Below, in pieces: positions 18,436-29,513 of a stretch of DNA of 64,000 nt (positions within the stretch are counted from its first letter, which is position 1; each line of letters opens with the position of its first letter). The notes below the pieces were generated by a model. The model was not told the origin of the DNA. It made no database searches and worked only from the letters and a program-made list of their open reading frames with translations. The DNA is from Anaeromyxobacteraceae bacterium (GTDB taxonomy: Bacteria > Myxococcota > Myxococcia > Myxococcales > Anaeromyxobacteraceae), in NCBI GenBank assembly GCA_047602405.1, contig JASGHJ010000002.1:800001-864000 (forward strand). Reading direction: 5' to 3'. The position numbers and the translations under genes are program-made.

Positions 18436-20226
18436 GTGAGCGGTCCAGGGGGCCCGCTCGGCGGCGATGGCCTGGCTTCGCTCGCGGCGTACCGTTCGGC
18501 GCTCGACCTCATCGAGGTGCCGGCGCCCACCGAGCGGAAGTTCGTCGACCGGGAGGCCGCGGCGCTGCTCATCGACGCGCTCTCCGTGCGCATCGCGCGC
18601 GGCCGCGGCGCGCTCGACCTCGCCATCGGCCAGAAGCTGGGCGAGCTGTGGAACGTGTCCGGCGAGCTCGACCTCGGCTACTCGCAGGTACACGACCTCG
18701 CGCGCGAGAAGCTCGGCATGACCGCGAGCTTCGCGCGGCGGCTCCTGCGGCTCGAGCGGAACCTGCGCGAGCGGCCGCTCCTTCGCGCCGCGCTCTTCGC
18801 GGGCGAGGTCACGCGCAGCAAGGCCGAGGTCGTGATGAAGCGCGCGAAGGGAGAGGAGGAGGCGCGCTGGGTCGAGGCGGCGAGGCAGCTCACGGTCCGG
18901 CAGCTCGTGCAGGCCGTGAAGGACGTGCCGAAGGCAGCGTCACCGGTGGAGACCGTGCCGAAGGAGACCGTTTCGAAGGAGGCCGTGTCAGAGGAGGCCG
19001 TGTCAGAGGAGTCCGCGTCGAAGGAGTCGCCTGCAGGCGCGCCGGTCGAACCGGGAGCGGTGCCGCCCGTCGACGAGAACATGGACGAGCTCCCCTGGCG
19101 CCACCTGCGCCTGTGGCTCGGCAAGAAGGCGGCACCGATCGTCCGCGCGGCCATCGACCTCGCGCGGTACCTCGACGAGGCGCCGCGGACCATCCCGGAG
19201 TGCCTGCGGCTCATGGCCATGGAGTACCTCTCCTCGCACGCGGCGCCGGAGGTGCCGGAGGGCCAGAAGCCGTCGCCGGAGTACCTCGGCCAGCCGTACG
19301 AGCTGCGGCCAGAGCTCCGCGAGCTGCTCGAGAAGCAGTCGAACGGGTGGGCCTTCCTCTTCAAGCCGCTCGCGGTGGCGGCGCCGGCGCTCGAGCCGAC
19401 CTGGCCGCCGGACGCCTACGGCATCCTCGACGAGCTCCGCGGGCTCATGCAGCTCCGCAACGCCTGGGACGAGGAGCTCGGCCGCGTGCTCTTGCGCCTC
19501 AAGACGCTCGGCCTGTGGCGCACGATGATGTTCGCCTCGTTCGAGCACTACGCCGACGAGCGGCTCGGCCTCGGGGCCTCGAACCTGAAGCAGCGGATCG
19601 CGCTCGAGAAGCGGCTCACCGACCTGCCGCCGCTCCGCGAGGCGATGCGCTCGGGGAAGCTCTCCTACGAGCAGGCGCGGCTCGTCGCGAAGGACGCGAC
19701 GGCGGAGGACGTGGAGGCGAAGATCGCGGAGGCGGCAGGGAAGACCTGTCTCGCCCTGCAGCGCGAGGTGGAGGGCAAGGAAGAAGGCCAGATGTGGGAC
19801 GCGGGGTTCCTGGACGTGCCGGTGCCCGAGGAGGTCGATTCGCTGCTGGCCGAAGCGGTGAGGGCCGCCCGGAAGGCCGCGGGCCGCTGGCTCTCGACCG
19901 AGGACGCGCTCGAGGCCATCGCCCGGCACTGCCTCGACACCTGGACGCCGCTCGTGGAGCGGAAGCTGAAGGACGCCAACCCCGTGATGGTGCGGGACGG
20001 CGGGCTGTGCACCACCCCGGGCTGCTCGCGCGTCGGCGACGACGTCCACCACATCAAGTTCCGCTCGCAAGGCGGGGACGACTCGCCCGAGAACCAGACC
20101 GGGATGTGCAAGCCGCACCACCTGCGCGGCGTCCACGGCGGCAACGTCCTCGTCACTGGCTCGGCGCCCGACAAGCTGACCTGGGTCCTGGGCTGGAGGG
20201 AGGTGGCCGCGGCGAAGGGGCACTGA
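18436..20226 (+). CDS. DUF222-like / HNH endonuclease
   Basis: C-terminal RDGGLCTTPGC...HHIKFRSQGG...N...CKPHH; GGAGG before GTG 18436. Confidence 0.85.
   Translation: MSGPGGPLGGDGLASLAAYRSALDLIEVPAPTERKFVDREAAALLIDALSVRIARGRGALDLAIGQKLGELWNVSGELDLGYSQVHDLAREKLGMTASFARRLLRLERNLRERPLLRAALFAGEVTRSKAEVVMKRAKGEEEARWVEAARQLTVRQLVQAVKDVPKAASPVETVPKETVSKEAVSEEAVSEESASKESPAGAPVEPGAVPPVDENMDELPWRHLRLWLGKKAAPIVRAAIDLARYLDEAPRTIPECLRLMAMEYLSSHAAPEVPEGQKPSPEYLGQPYELRPELRELLEKQSNGWAFLFKPLAVAAPALEPTWPPDAYGILDELRGLMQLRNAWDEELGRVLLRLKTLGLWRTMMFASFEHYADERLGLGASNLKQRIALEKRLTDLPPLREAMRSGKLSYEQARLVAKDATAEDVEAKIAEAAGKTCLALQREVEGKEEGQMWDAGFLDVPVPEEVDSLLAEAVRAARKAAGRWLSTEDALEAIARHCLDTWTPLVERKLKDANPVMVRDGGLCTTPGCSRVGDDVHHIKFRSQGGDDSPENQTGMCKPHHLRGVHGGNVLVTGSAPDKLTWVLGWREVAAAKGH
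18948..19022 (+). repeat. Five imperfect 15-bp tandem repeats within HNH gene
   Basis: GGAG(A/G/T)CCG.. units encoding ETVPK-ETVSK-EAVSE-EAVSE-ESASK. Confidence 0.75.
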
Positions 20227-20386
20227 GCCCCGTCCGAGCGTCCGGGCGAGCGCACGAAAACCACGAAATTCCGGACACTTCTTGGCCTGGAGGCGGGGCC
20301 CAGGTAAGTTCACGAAGCGCCGAGGGCACCCCGTCTAGGATGCCCGTCCCCGGGGGCTGCACAGGCCCGGCGGCGCGGGAGACCGG

Positions 20387-22342
20387 ATGCGTTCGACCCA
20401 GGAGTATTCGTGGCTGCGCTTCAACCGGCGCGTCCTCGAGCAGACGCGGCGGCCCGACTTCCCGGTCCTCGAGCGGCTCCGCTTCCTCGCCATCTGGGCG
20501 ACCAACCTCGACGAGTTCTTCTCCGCCCGCATCGCGCGGCCGTTCAACGACGAGCGCGGCACGCCCGCGTACCGGATGCTCCTCGCCGAGGCGCGCGAGC
20601 AGTCGAACGTCGCCGACGACGTCTACGACGAGTTCCTGCCGGAGCTGAAGGACATCGGCATCCGCATCGTCTCCGAGGCCGACCTCACGCGCGAGGAGCG
20701 CAACTACTTCGGCGCCTACCTCGCCGAGAAGGTCGTCACCCGCACCGACGTCATGGCGGGCGCGAGCCTGCGCGACATGGTGAGCCGCTCGCTCTACTTC
20801 GCGGCGGGGGAGGGCGTGCTCGAGCACCTCGTGCGCCTGCCCGCCGGCGTGAAGCGGCTCCTCGAGATCCCGGGCCGCCCCGGCACCTTCATCCGCATCG
20901 GCGAGCTCCTCCGCGCGCGCAGCGACCTCCTCTTCGGCAAGGCGCTCCCGCTCCACGAGCTGCGCATGGTGCGGCTCACGAGCTTCGACCAGGCCTCGAT
21001 GGAGTGGGACGAGCTGCCCGCCGCGCTCGAGTCCCGGCTCGAGGGCAAGGTCAGCCACCTCGAGGTCGAGCGCGGGTTCCCGCCGCACTGGACCGAGTCC
21101 GTCCGGCTCGCGCTCGGGCTCGAGCCGGACGAGGTGTTCCAGGTCCGCCCGCCGCTCGACCCGCGCTTCGTCTCGACCCTCGTCGACGCCGGCCCCGAGG
21201 AGCACAAGTTCAAGAAGCTGAAGGCCTGGGTGCCGCCCCGCTTCGAGCGCGCGCCGTTCGACCAGATCGACCGCGGCGACGTGATGCTCTTCCACCCGTA
21301 CCAGGGCTACGAGGCGGTGGAGGCCTTCGCGCACGCGGCGGCGAGCGATCCCGAGGTGAGCGCGATCCGGATGACGCTCTACCGGGTCGGCGACGACAAC
21401 GTGCTCGCGCAGTCGCTCATCGACGCCGCGAAGGCGGGGAAGGACGTCGCGGTGCTGCTCGAGGCGCGCGCCCGCTTCGACGAGCTGCAGAACCTGGAGT
21501 GGGGCCTGCGCTTCCAGAACTCCGGCGTGAAGGTGCTGGAGCTGCCCGAGAAGAAGGTCCACGCGAAGGTGTTCTGGGTCCGGCGCGGGCGCCGGGAGTA
21601 CGTCCACCTCGGCACCGGCAACTACAACACCCGCAACGGCCGCGCCTACACCGACTTCTCGCTCTTCACCGCCGACCGCGGCCTCACCGGCGAGGCCCGC
21701 GCGTTCTTCGAGGCGCTCGAGGAGGGCGCCGCGCCCGCGCCGCGCTTCATGCGGACCGGCAAGGCGGTCCGCCGGCTCCTCCTCGAGCTCATCGCCGCCG
21801 AGGCGAGGCCGGGCGGGCACATGGTGCTGAAGTTCAACCACATGACCGACCCGGCCATCCTCGCGGCGGTCGCGAAGGCGGCGCGGGCCGGGGCGCGGGT
21901 CGACCTCCTCGTGCGCACGACGCTCACCGAGATCGCGCCGGGCGTGCGGGCGCGCAGCATCGTGGGGCGCTACCTGGAGCACGCGCGCGTCGCGGCGTTC
22001 CGGGCGGGCGGGCAGTGGAAGGTGCTCGCGGGCAGCCTGGACGCGATGCCGCGCAACTTCGACACGCGGTTCGAGCTCTTCTTCCCGGTGACCGACCTCC
22101 TGGCGAAGAAGCGCGTCCTGTCCGAGCTCGCCGCGCAGCTCGCCGACGACGTGAACGCGTTCGACCTGCTCCACGACGGCAGCCAGCTGCCGCGCTGGGG
22201 CGGCAAGGTCAACGCCCAGGCGGCCGTGGGCCACCGCCGGCTGCGCACGCTCGGCGAGCCGCCGCGGTCAGCGAAGGGCCGCCGCGCCGCGGCCGGCAAG
22301 CCCGGGAAGGGCAGGGCGGCCGCGCGCAGGCTCGCGGGCTGA
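20387..22342 (+). CDS. ppk1: Polyphosphate kinase 1
   Basis: [49 protein letters not shown]. Confidence 0.95.
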   Translation: MRSTQEYSWLRFNRRVLEQTRRPDFPVLERLRFLAIWATNLDEFFSARIARPFNDERGTPAYRMLLAEAREQSNVADDVYDEFLPELKDIGIRIVSEADLTREERNYFGAYLAEKVVTRTDVMAGASLRDMVSRSLYFAAGEGVLEHLVRLPAGVKRLLEIPGRPGTFIRIGELLRARSDLLFGKALPLHELRMVRLTSFDQASMEWDELPAALESRLEGKVSHLEVERGFPPHWTESVRLALGLEPDEVFQVRPPLDPRFVSTLVDAGPEEHKFKKLKAWVPPRFERAPFDQIDRGDVMLFHPYQGYEAVEAFAHAAASDPEVSAIRMTLYRVGDDNVLAQSLIDAAKAGKDVAVLLEARARFDELQNLEWGLRFQNSGVKVLELPEKKVHAKVFWVRRGRREYVHLGTGNYNTRNGRAYTDFSLFTADRGLTGEARAFFEALEEGAAPAPRFMRTGKAVRRLLLELIAAEARPGGHMVLKFNHMTDPAILAAVAKAARAGARVDLLVRTTLTEIAPGVRARSIVGRYLEHARVAAFRAGGQWKVLAGSLDAMPRNFDTRFELFFPVTDLLAKKRVLSELAAQLADDVNAFDLLHDGSQLPRWGGKVNAQAAVGHRRLRTLGEPPRSAKGRRAAAGKPGKGRAAARRLAG

Positions 22343-24364
22343 GGCGCCGGGGCCCGCATCCCGCTCGATGCGGAACTCCGACACCATCGCCGACAGCTCC
22401 TCGGCCTGGCCGTTGAGCTCGGCGGCGGCGGAGGACGACTCCTCGGCGGAGGCGGCGTTCTGCTGCGTCACGCGGTCGACCTCGTCGATGGCCGCCGTGA
22501 CCTGCGCGATCGTGCCGGACTGCTCCTGGGCCGCCTGGGAGATCTCCCCGACGATCGCGGCCACCCGGTCGATCTCCCGGCCGAGCTCGCCGAGCCGGGA
22601 GGCCACCGTGGCGCTCGTGGCCTCGCCCTCGGCGGTCTGCGCGACCGACTGCTTGATGAGCGCCTCGGTGCGGATCGCGGCGTCCTTCGCGCGCAGCGCG
22701 AGGGAGCGGACCTCCTCGGCGACGACCGCGAAGCCGCGCCCGGCCTCGCCGGCGCGGGCGGCCTCGACGGCGGCGTTGAGCGCGAGCAGGTTCGTCTGGA
22801 AGGCGATGTCCGAGACGTCCTTGATGATCTGCGAGGTGCCCTCGGCGGACGCGCGGATCTTCGCCATCGTGCCCTGCATGTGCGAGACGGCCTCGACGCC
22901 CTGGCTCGCGGCGCCCTTCGCCTGGGTGGCGAGCGCGTTCGCCTGGCGGGCGCTGTCGGCGGCGTGGCGGGTCGAGGCCGCGACGCTCTCGAGGGACTGG
23001 TTCGTGCGCGCGAGGGCCGAGGCCTGGTCGGAGGCGCCGTTCGCGACCCCGTGCGAGGTCGAGGCGATCTGGCTCGAGGCCGACGACACCTGCTCGGCGG
23101 CGTTGGCGACCTGCGCGAGCGCGGCGTTGAGGGCGGTCACCGTCGCGTCGAGGGCGACCTTGAGGCGGCCGTGGTCGCCCCGGTAGGTGCCGCTCATCCG
23201 GGCGCGCAGGTCGCGCGCGGCGATCTTCTCCAGCACCGCGGTCGCCTCCTGCACCGGCGCGATGGCGGCGTCGAGCGTGCGGTTCACGCCCTCGACGATC
23301 GCGCGGAACTCGCCCTGGTGCGCCGTGGCGTCGGCGCGCGTCGAGAGCCGGCCGTCGATGGCGGCCTCGGCGAGCGCCTCGGTGTCGGAGACGAGCAGGC
23401 CCACCGCGGCGATGCAGCGGTCGAGGCTCTGGCGGGTGTGATCGAAGTCGCCCGGCCAGCGGTCCTGGAGCGGGGGCGGCACGTCGCCCTTCGAGATCCG
23501 CTCGAGCAGCGCCGAGGAGTCCCGGATCGGCCGCACGACGGCGTCGAGCGTGTCGTTCATGCCCTGCACGATCTTGCGGAAGTCGCCCTGGTGGCGGGCG
23601 GCGTCGGCGCGCACCGCGAGGCGGCCCTCCACGCCGGCGCGGGCGAGCGCGCCCGCGTCCGCCACGAGCGCGTTCACGGCGTCGATGCAGGTGTTGAGGT
23701 CGTCCTGCAGCTTCCTGAACTCGCCCCGCACCTCGTCCCGCGCGCGCTCCGGGATCTCGCCGCGCGCGATGCGGGCGACGACGCCGGCCTGGGCCTTGAG
23801 CGGCGCGACGAGGGTGTCGAGGATGCTGTTGATGCGGCCGAGGAGCTTGCCGTTGTAGCCGGTGTACCGGCTGACGTCCGCGCGGACGTCGAGCTTGCCC
23901 TCGGTCGCGGCGCGCTGGAGGAGGTCGATGTCGGCGTTCCGCTGGAGCACCACGTCGATGAGCGCGTTCCAGGCGCGCCGCGCGTCCTCGTGCTCGCCGC
24001 GGTCCTCGGGCTCCATGTGGCCCGGCAGGTCTCCCAGGGAGACCCGCTTCGCGTACCCCCAGCTCGCCCGGTAGCGCCTCACCACCGCGGCCACCGCCGC
24101 GTGCGCCGCCGCGACGGCCTGCGCGTGCGCGGGGTCGAGCCCGCCGGTGGTGGGCGTCGCGTCGAGCGCGCCCGCCTCGGCGGCGTCGCGGAGCCCCTCG
24201 AGCGCGGCGGAGAGCGCGGCGTCGCGGCGGCGGAGGGCGGCGACGAGCCACGCGGCCGCGAGCAGCGACACGGCGGCGCCCGCGATCGGGTGGACGGCGC
24301 AGGCGACGGCGGTGAGCGCCCCGGCGAGAACGATGTGCGTGCGGAGGGTCTTCGTTCCGGACAT
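22268..24364 (-). CDS. Methyl-accepting chemotaxis protein with poly-HAMP
   Basis: [34 protein letters not shown]; repeated HQGDF/HQGEF HAMP units. Confidence 0.95.
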   Translation of the reverse strand: MSGTKTLRTHIVLAGALTAVACAVHPIAGAAVSLLAAAWLVAALRRRDAALSAALEGLRDAAEAGALDATPTTGGLDPAHAQAVAAAHAAVAAVVRRYRASWGYAKRVSLGDLPGHMEPEDRGEHEDARRAWNALIDVVLQRNADIDLLQRAATEGKLDVRADVSRYTGYNGKLLGRINSILDTLVAPLKAQAGVVARIARGEIPERARDEVRGEFRKLQDDLNTCIDAVNALVADAGALARAGVEGRLAVRADAARHQGDFRKIVQGMNDTLDAVVRPIRDSSALLERISKGDVPPPLQDRWPGDFDHTRQSLDRCIAAVGLLVSDTEALAEAAIDGRLSTRADATAHQGEFRAIVEGVNRTLDAAIAPVQEATAVLEKIAARDLRARMSGTYRGDHGRLKVALDATVTALNAALAQVANAAEQVSSASSQIASTSHGVANGASDQASALARTNQSLESVAASTRHAADSARQANALATQAKGAASQGVEAVSHMQGTMAKIRASAEGTSQIIKDVSDIAFQTNLLALNAAVEAARAGEAGRGFAVVAEEVRSLALRAKDAAIRTEALIKQSVAQTAEGEATSATVASRLGELGREIDRVAAIVGEISQAAQEQSGTIAQVTAAIDEVDRVTQQNAASAEESSSAAAELNGQAEELSAMVSEFRIERDAGPGASAREPARGRPALPGLAGRGAAALR

Positions 24365-24552
24365 GCCAGCTCCCGTGCCGGCAACTCCTGCGCCGGCATC
24401 CCTCGAGAGAGCAGGGCCCGTGCCACGTTGTCGCAGTGGGCCCGGGTCCGACCCGCGCCGCAAGCGCCCGGGACCAGGGCGGGTTCCCGGGCGGCGCGCG
24501 GCCGGCGCGCCGCGGCCGGCGGGGTCGCGCGAACCCGGGTGCCGCGGGTCCC

Positions 24553-25336
24553 CTACTTCCCGAGGAGGGTGCCGAGGCTCTTCCGGTGGCTCCGGGAGAG
24601 CCTGAGGCGCGCGCCGTCACGCAGCACGACCGTCCACTCACCGTGCGTCGCCGGCTCGAGCGAGGACACGCGCGCGACGTTCACGATGGCCCCGCGGTGG
24701 ATGCGCGCGAAGCGGCGCGGATCGAGCCGGGCCTCGAGCGACCGGAGCGGCTCGCGCACGAGCCAGCTTCTTCTCTCCGACGTGGAGCTCCGCGTAGTAG
24801 TCCTGCGCCCCGATCCAGTCGATGTCCTCCACCGGCAGGAGGCGCACCGAGCCCGAGTCGCGCACCGCGATCCGCTCGAGGGCGCCGCCCGGGGCCACCG
24901 CGTTCTCCGGGGCGTTGCCGAGCGCGCCGAGCTTGCGGGCGAGGTCGAGCGCCTGGCGCTCGCGCACCGCCGCCTTGCCGCGGGCCAGCGCCTCGGCGAA
25001 GCGCTCGTCGGAGAACGGCTTCATGAGGTAGTCGACCGCGCCGACCTCGAAGGCCTGCAGCGCGTGCTCGCCGTGCGCCGTGACGAAGACGACGCGCGGG
25101 GCGGCCTCGCCGCCGCGGAGCGCCTCGGCGAGCTCGAGCCCGGTCGCCCCCGGCATCTGCACGTCGAGGAAGACGAGGTCCGGCTGGTCGCGGCGGAGCG
25201 CGAGGGCGGTCTCCGGCCCGGAGCGGCACTCGGCCACGAGCGAGACGTCCGGGTCCCGGGCCAGCAGGAGCCGGAGGGTGTCGCGGGCGGGGGCCTCGTC
25301 GTCGGCGACGACGGTCCGGACCGGGGTCGAGATCAC
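24553..25336 (-). CDS. LytTR-family response regulator (frameshift near 24770)
   Basis: [25 protein letters not shown]; Lyt[13 protein letters not shown]...LSR in a second frame. Confidence 0.9.
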
Positions 25337-26421
25337 GCTGCCTCCTCGCGGCGCGCCGCGCGGTAGGGGAGGGTGACGCGCACCACCGTCCCGCCGCCCT
25401 CGGCGGGGGTGAGCGCGACCGAGGCGGTCGCGCCGTACAGGTGGCGGAGCCGCTCGCGGGTGTTGCCGAGGCCGATGCCCGCCCCGCTCGTGGCCTCGTC
25501 GGAGCCGGCGCCGGTGTCGCGCACCTCGAGCACGAGGAGCGCCGCCGAGCGGCGGGCCGAGACCTCCACGCGGCCGGGCGCCTCCGACGGCTCGATGCCG
25601 TGCCGCACGGCGTTCTCGACGAGCGGCTGCAGGAGGAACCGCGGGACGAGCGCCCCGAGCAGCGCGGGGTCGACGTCGGTGCGGGTGGCGAGGCGGTCGC
25701 GGAAGCGGGCCTTCTCGAGCTCGAGGTAGTGGGTGGCGAAGGCGAGCTCCTCGCGCAGCGAGACCTCCTGCTGCGGCCCGCCGCGGAGCGCCATGCGCAA
25801 CAGGTCCCCGAGGCGCGCGACCGCCGAGACGGCCGCGGACTGCTCGCCCGAGCGCACGAGGGAGCCCACCGTGTGGAGCGCGTTGAAGAGGAAGTGCGGC
25901 CGGAGCTGGGCCTCGAGCACGCCGAGCCGGGTCTCCGCGAGCTGCTTCTCGAGCTTCGTGGCCTCGAGCTGCCGCTCCATGAAGAGGCGGTGGTACTCGA
26001 GCGCGTGCCCGATCGCGAGGACCGCGAAGTAGCTGTAGATGGAGAAGTTCGCGGTGCGGGTGACGAAGGCGGCGAAGGTGGGGTTGCGGTACGGGCCGAG
26101 CCAGGGCTGCACCGCGAGGCCGATGAACGCGTCGAGCACGGCGGTCACGAGCGCCGGCAGGACGTGCAGCGGGAGGTTGCGCTTCCAGGTGGCGCCGTTC
26201 ACCGGGAACTCGCGCGCGAGCCGGAAGATGAGCGGGGTGTAGAGCGCCCAGACCCAGGACTCGATCAGGAGGCGGGCGAACTTCTTCGGCGTCAGCGGAT
26301 CGACCACGGTGTGGTCGAGCGCCTGGATGTACACGTAGGCGGCCGCCCCCAGGGCGACCCCCGTCCAGCCCGCCCCGACGACGAGCGTGAACCTCGAGCG
26401 TGGCGACAGGCGGTCGAGCAC
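25333..26421 (-). CDS. LytS-type sensor histidine kinase
   Basis: TM segments, LEAQLRPHFLFNAL, LQPLVENAVRHG, GIGLGNTRERL. Confidence 0.92.
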   Translation of the reverse strand: MLDRLSPRSRFTLVVGAGWTGVALGAAAYVYIQALDHTVVDPLTPKKFARLLIESWVWALYTPLIFRLAREFPVNGATWKRNLPLHVLPALVTAVLDAFIGLAVQPWLGPYRNPTFAAFVTRTANFSIYSYFAVLAIGHALEYHRLFMERQLEATKLEKQLAETRLGVLEAQLRPHFLFNALHTVGSLVRSGEQSAAVSAVARLGDLLRMALRGGPQQEVSLREELAFATHYLELEKARFRDRLATRTDVDPALLGALVPRFLLQPLVENAVRHGIEPSEAPGRVEVSARRSAALLVLEVRDTGAGSDEATSGAGIGLGNTRERLRHLYGATASVALTPAEGGGTVVRVTLPYRAARREEAA

Positions 26422-26604
26422 GGCGTTCCTCGCACCACACGGTAACGCGCGACGGGCCGTGCGGGCCAGCCTCGTGGGGCGACCCTCGCGGGCTGAACGG
26501 CCGCCAGGCGATCCGCTGCACCGCCGGACCGGCTGGCTGCAACCTGCGCCCGGGACGCGGAGTCGACGTGGAGCGGTCGATGGTCGGCAGATAAGGTCAT
26601 CGGC

Positions 26605-27552
26605 ATGAGCCCGTCGCTCGTCCGCCTCGCAGGCCTGCTCCTCGCGGCGTCCCTCGCCCTGACGCCGTGGCGCACCGCGCCCGCCGCCCCGGGCGCGCGC
26701 GAGGCCCTCGTCGCCGCCGCGGACGCGCTCGCGGACGGGGTGGCGCGAGGTGGCTGGGCCGCAGGGGTCGCGGCGGCGCTCGCGGAGGACGCGGTCTACC
26801 TCCACCCCGGCGAGCCGCTCGTGCGCGGCCGCGCGGAGGTGCAGGCGGTGCTGGCGCGGGCCGGCGCCGGTGCGCAAGGCGGAGCGCCGCCGGACGGCAC
26901 CGCCGGGACGAGGCTGCGCCGGCTCGTCGCCGGCACCTCCGCCGACGGGTCGCTCGGGTACACGTGGGGCGTCCTCGAGGACGGGGGCACGCTGCTCAGC
27001 AAGAAGGCCGGTCGCTGGCTCGCCGCCTGGCGGCGCGGGCCCGTTGGCAGCACCGCCGGCTGGAAAGTCGCTGCGCTCGTGCGCGCGAACGCGCCCGACG
27101 CGCGCGGAGAGGTGCCCGCGGCGTCGCCGCTCGCGCGCGGGTACGCCGGCAGGGCCAGGCCCGGCGACCCGGCCGCGCTCGCGCGCGCCGCGGCCGAGGC
27201 GGACCGCGCGTTCGCCGCGCGCGCCGACGCCGTGCACGCCGCGTCCGGCTACGGCCCCGCGTTCGGCGAGCACGCCGACGCCGCGGCGATGATCCCCGGC
27301 AAGGACGGGCTGATGTGGGGCGCCGAGGCCATCCGCGCCGGCTACCGCACCGAGCCCGGCGAGGCGCTCACCTGGGCCCCCGACCACGCGGAGGCCGCCG
27401 CGAGCGGCGACCTCGCCTGGACCTCGGGCCGCGCCACCTGGCGGGGCGGCGGCGAGCAGGTCTTCACGAAGTACCTGACGATCTGGGCCCGGCAGGAGGA
27501 CGGGACGTGGCGGTGGTTGCTCGATCTCGGCAACCGCCGCCCGGGGCCCTGA
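26605..27552 (+). CDS. Secreted tandem NTF2-like (DUF4440-type) protein
   Basis: Signal peptide; SADGSLGYTWG and ASGDLAWTSG...YLTIWARQEDGTWR. Confidence 0.75.
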   Translation: MSPSLVRLAGLLLAASLALTPWRTAPAAPGAREALVAAADALADGVARGGWAAGVAAALAEDAVYLHPGEPLVRGRAEVQAVLARAGAGAQGGAPPDGTAGTRLRRLVAGTSADGSLGYTWGVLEDGGTLLSKKAGRWLAAWRRGPVGSTAGWKVAALVRANAPDARGEVPAASPLARGYAGRARPGDPAALARAAAEADRAFAARADAVHAASGYGPAFGEHADAAAMIPGKDGLMWGAEAIRAGYRTEPGEALTWAPDHAEAAASGDLAWTSGRATWRGGGEQVFTKYLTIWARQEDGTWRWLLDLGNRRPGP

Positions 27553-27630
27553 AGGGAAGTCGCACGGCGGTCGCGGCCTCGTGCGGGATAGGCCGCAGCC
27601 CACGAGACCCGGCCGCCGTGCGGCGATGCA

Positions 27631-29412
27631 CTACACGCCCGGACCCGACCGCCGCTGGCTGAGGTGCAGCGTCGCGCCACCGCCGGCGATGCCGTTCACG
27701 CGCGCGGTGCCGCTCTCGAGCTGCCGGCCGGTCACCGGCGCGGACATCACCATCCGCGCGGCGGGCCCCTCGCCGGCCCAGATCTTCACGAGGACCTGCT
27801 CGTCGGGGCGCACGAACAGGTAGACCGCGCGCGGCGTGAGCCGGGCGCTCGGGCCGGGGGTGGGTGCGGTCCGCCAGACCACGCGGCCCCGCTGCTCGAC
27901 CTCGAGCGTGAGCGCGCCGGCCGTGCCGGGGGGCGCCTGGATCTCGGCGGAGGCGATTCGGAGGCCGCGCGCGCCCTGCTCCGGCTGCGACCAGTCGCGG
28001 GAGAGGTTGTCGCGGTCGGCGATGATCTGCAGCCGGTCCACCGCGCCCTCGGTCCGGTCGCTCGGGACGGCCTCGACCCGCAGCTCGAGGAGCGCGTTCG
28101 TGGTGAGCCGCGCCTCGCGGTTCGAGACGAGGTCGGCGATGCGCACGTTCACCGTCCCGGCCTCGACCGGCGGGCCGACGCCGTCGTCGTGGGCGACCCG
28201 CAGCGTGACGACGCGGTCGTCGAAGCCGTTCGAGAGCACCGTGAAGCTGCCGTCGAGGAGCTGGTACGCCCCGCGCCGCGGGCCCGCCTGCACCGCGCGG
28301 CCGTCCGGGAGGGAGACGGTGATCGCGAGGTTCGGCTGGTTCTGCGCCGGGAGCCGGCGGGCGATCTCGAGGGCCAGGTTCGCGTTGACGCCGTTGCGCC
28401 CCGCGACGATGGCGATGAGCCGGTCGACGTCGCCGCGGGCGCCGGCCCACGGCCAGCCGTCCGGGCGGACCGGCTTCACGAGCACCGAGCGGAGCACGAC
28501 GGCGTACGGGCGGAGCTTCACCCGCTCGAGCTGCGCGGCGGCCTCGCCGCGGTCGAGGTTCATCTGCGCGGCCTCGCCGAACCCGCGCTCGGCCTGCACG
28601 AAGTCGCGCCGCTGCGCGGCGGCGAGCCCGCGGGCCATCGCCCCCGCGTAGCGGGAGAGGGGCGCCGCGCGCGACTGCGGGCGGAGCGCGGAGGCCTGCT
28701 TGTAGATCGCCTCGGCGTCGGCGTAGCGGCCCTGCGAGAGGGCCTGGTCGCCGGAGACGGCGAGGCGCTCGGCCTCGGCGTCCTTCCAGCGCTCGTACTC
28801 GGCCTGGACCGCCTGGAGCTGGCCGCGCACCGAGGGGTCGACCTGCGCGGCGAGGTTGAGGAGCTCGATCGCGGCGGGGTACTGCGCCTGGCCGCGGAGC
28901 CGGTTGGCCTCGCCGGTCGCGCCGGCGACGACGCCCGGGGAGGCGCCGGAGATCGCGCTCGTGACGGCGGGGTCCTGGCTCGCCTGGCGGGCCGAGACGA
29001 GGAGGTTGAGGGCGCCACGGTGGTCGCCCGCGGCGGAGGCGCGGCCCGCGTTCTGGACGCGGAGCAGCGCGGCCTCGCGCGAGGCCGCGGCGCGCATCGA
29101 CGTCATCGCGGCGTCGCCCGGGTCGAGGTTCACGACGTAGTCGCTCTCCGCGAACGCGCACTCGACGTCGCGCGCGCCCCAGCACGCGTTCGCGTGGCGG
29201 CGGGCCTGGTCGAGCGCGGCGGCCTTCGCCTGCGCGTACTTCGCCTGGAGATCCTTCTTGCCCGGATCCTTCTGGAGCGCGGCGCCGTACTGCGCCTCGG
29301 CGGCCTTCCAGTCACCGGTGGCGGCGGCCTTGTCGCCGGCCTTCTCGGCGCTCGCGCACGCGAGCGCGAGGGTGAAGGCGAGGGCGGCGGCGAGGTGGCG
29401 GGAGCGGAGCAT
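27631..29412 (-). CDS. TPR-repeat lipoprotein
   Basis: Lipobox LAC, helical TPR-like repeats, beta-rich C-terminus. Confidence 0.7.
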   Translation of the reverse strand: MLRSRHLAAALAFTLALACASAEKAGDKAAATGDWKAAEAQYGAALQKDPGKKDLQAKYAQAKAAALDQARRHANACWGARDVECAFAESDYVVNLDPGDAAMTSMRAAASREAALLRVQNAGRASAAGDHRGALNLLVSARQASQDPAVTSAISGASPGVVAGATGEANRLRGQAQYPAAIELLNLAAQVDPSVRGQLQAVQAEYERWKDAEAERLAVSGDQALSQGRYADAEAIYKQASALRPQSRAAPLSRYAGAMARGLAAAQRRDFVQAERGFGEAAQMNLDRGEAAAQLERVKLRPYAVVLRSVLVKPVRPDGWPWAGARGDVDRLIAIVAGRNGVNANLALEIARRLPAQNQPNLAITVSLPDGRAVQAGPRRGAYQLLDGSFTVLSNGFDDRVVTLRVAHDDGVGPPVEAGTVNVRIADLVSNREARLTTNALLELRVEAVPSDRTEGAVDRLQIIADRDNLSRDWSQPEQGARGLRIASAEIQAPPGTAGALTLEVEQRGRVVWRTAPTPGPSARLTPRAVYLFVRPDEQVLVKIWAGEGPAARMVMSAPVTGRQLESGTARVNGIAGGGATLHLSQRRSGPGV

Positions 29413-29513
29413 GCGGGGTCCTCCGGGAGTCGGGGGCACCACCGTAGCCAGCCCCCGCCGGGGCACGCAAGTCGCCGGCCGCGAGCGCCGATGTAGGACC
29501 CGCTATCGCCCGC

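Noticed and set aside
22268..22342. 75-bp convergent overlap of ppk1 and the MCP gene
   Set aside because: Both tails are low-complexity extensions; common in GC-rich genomes
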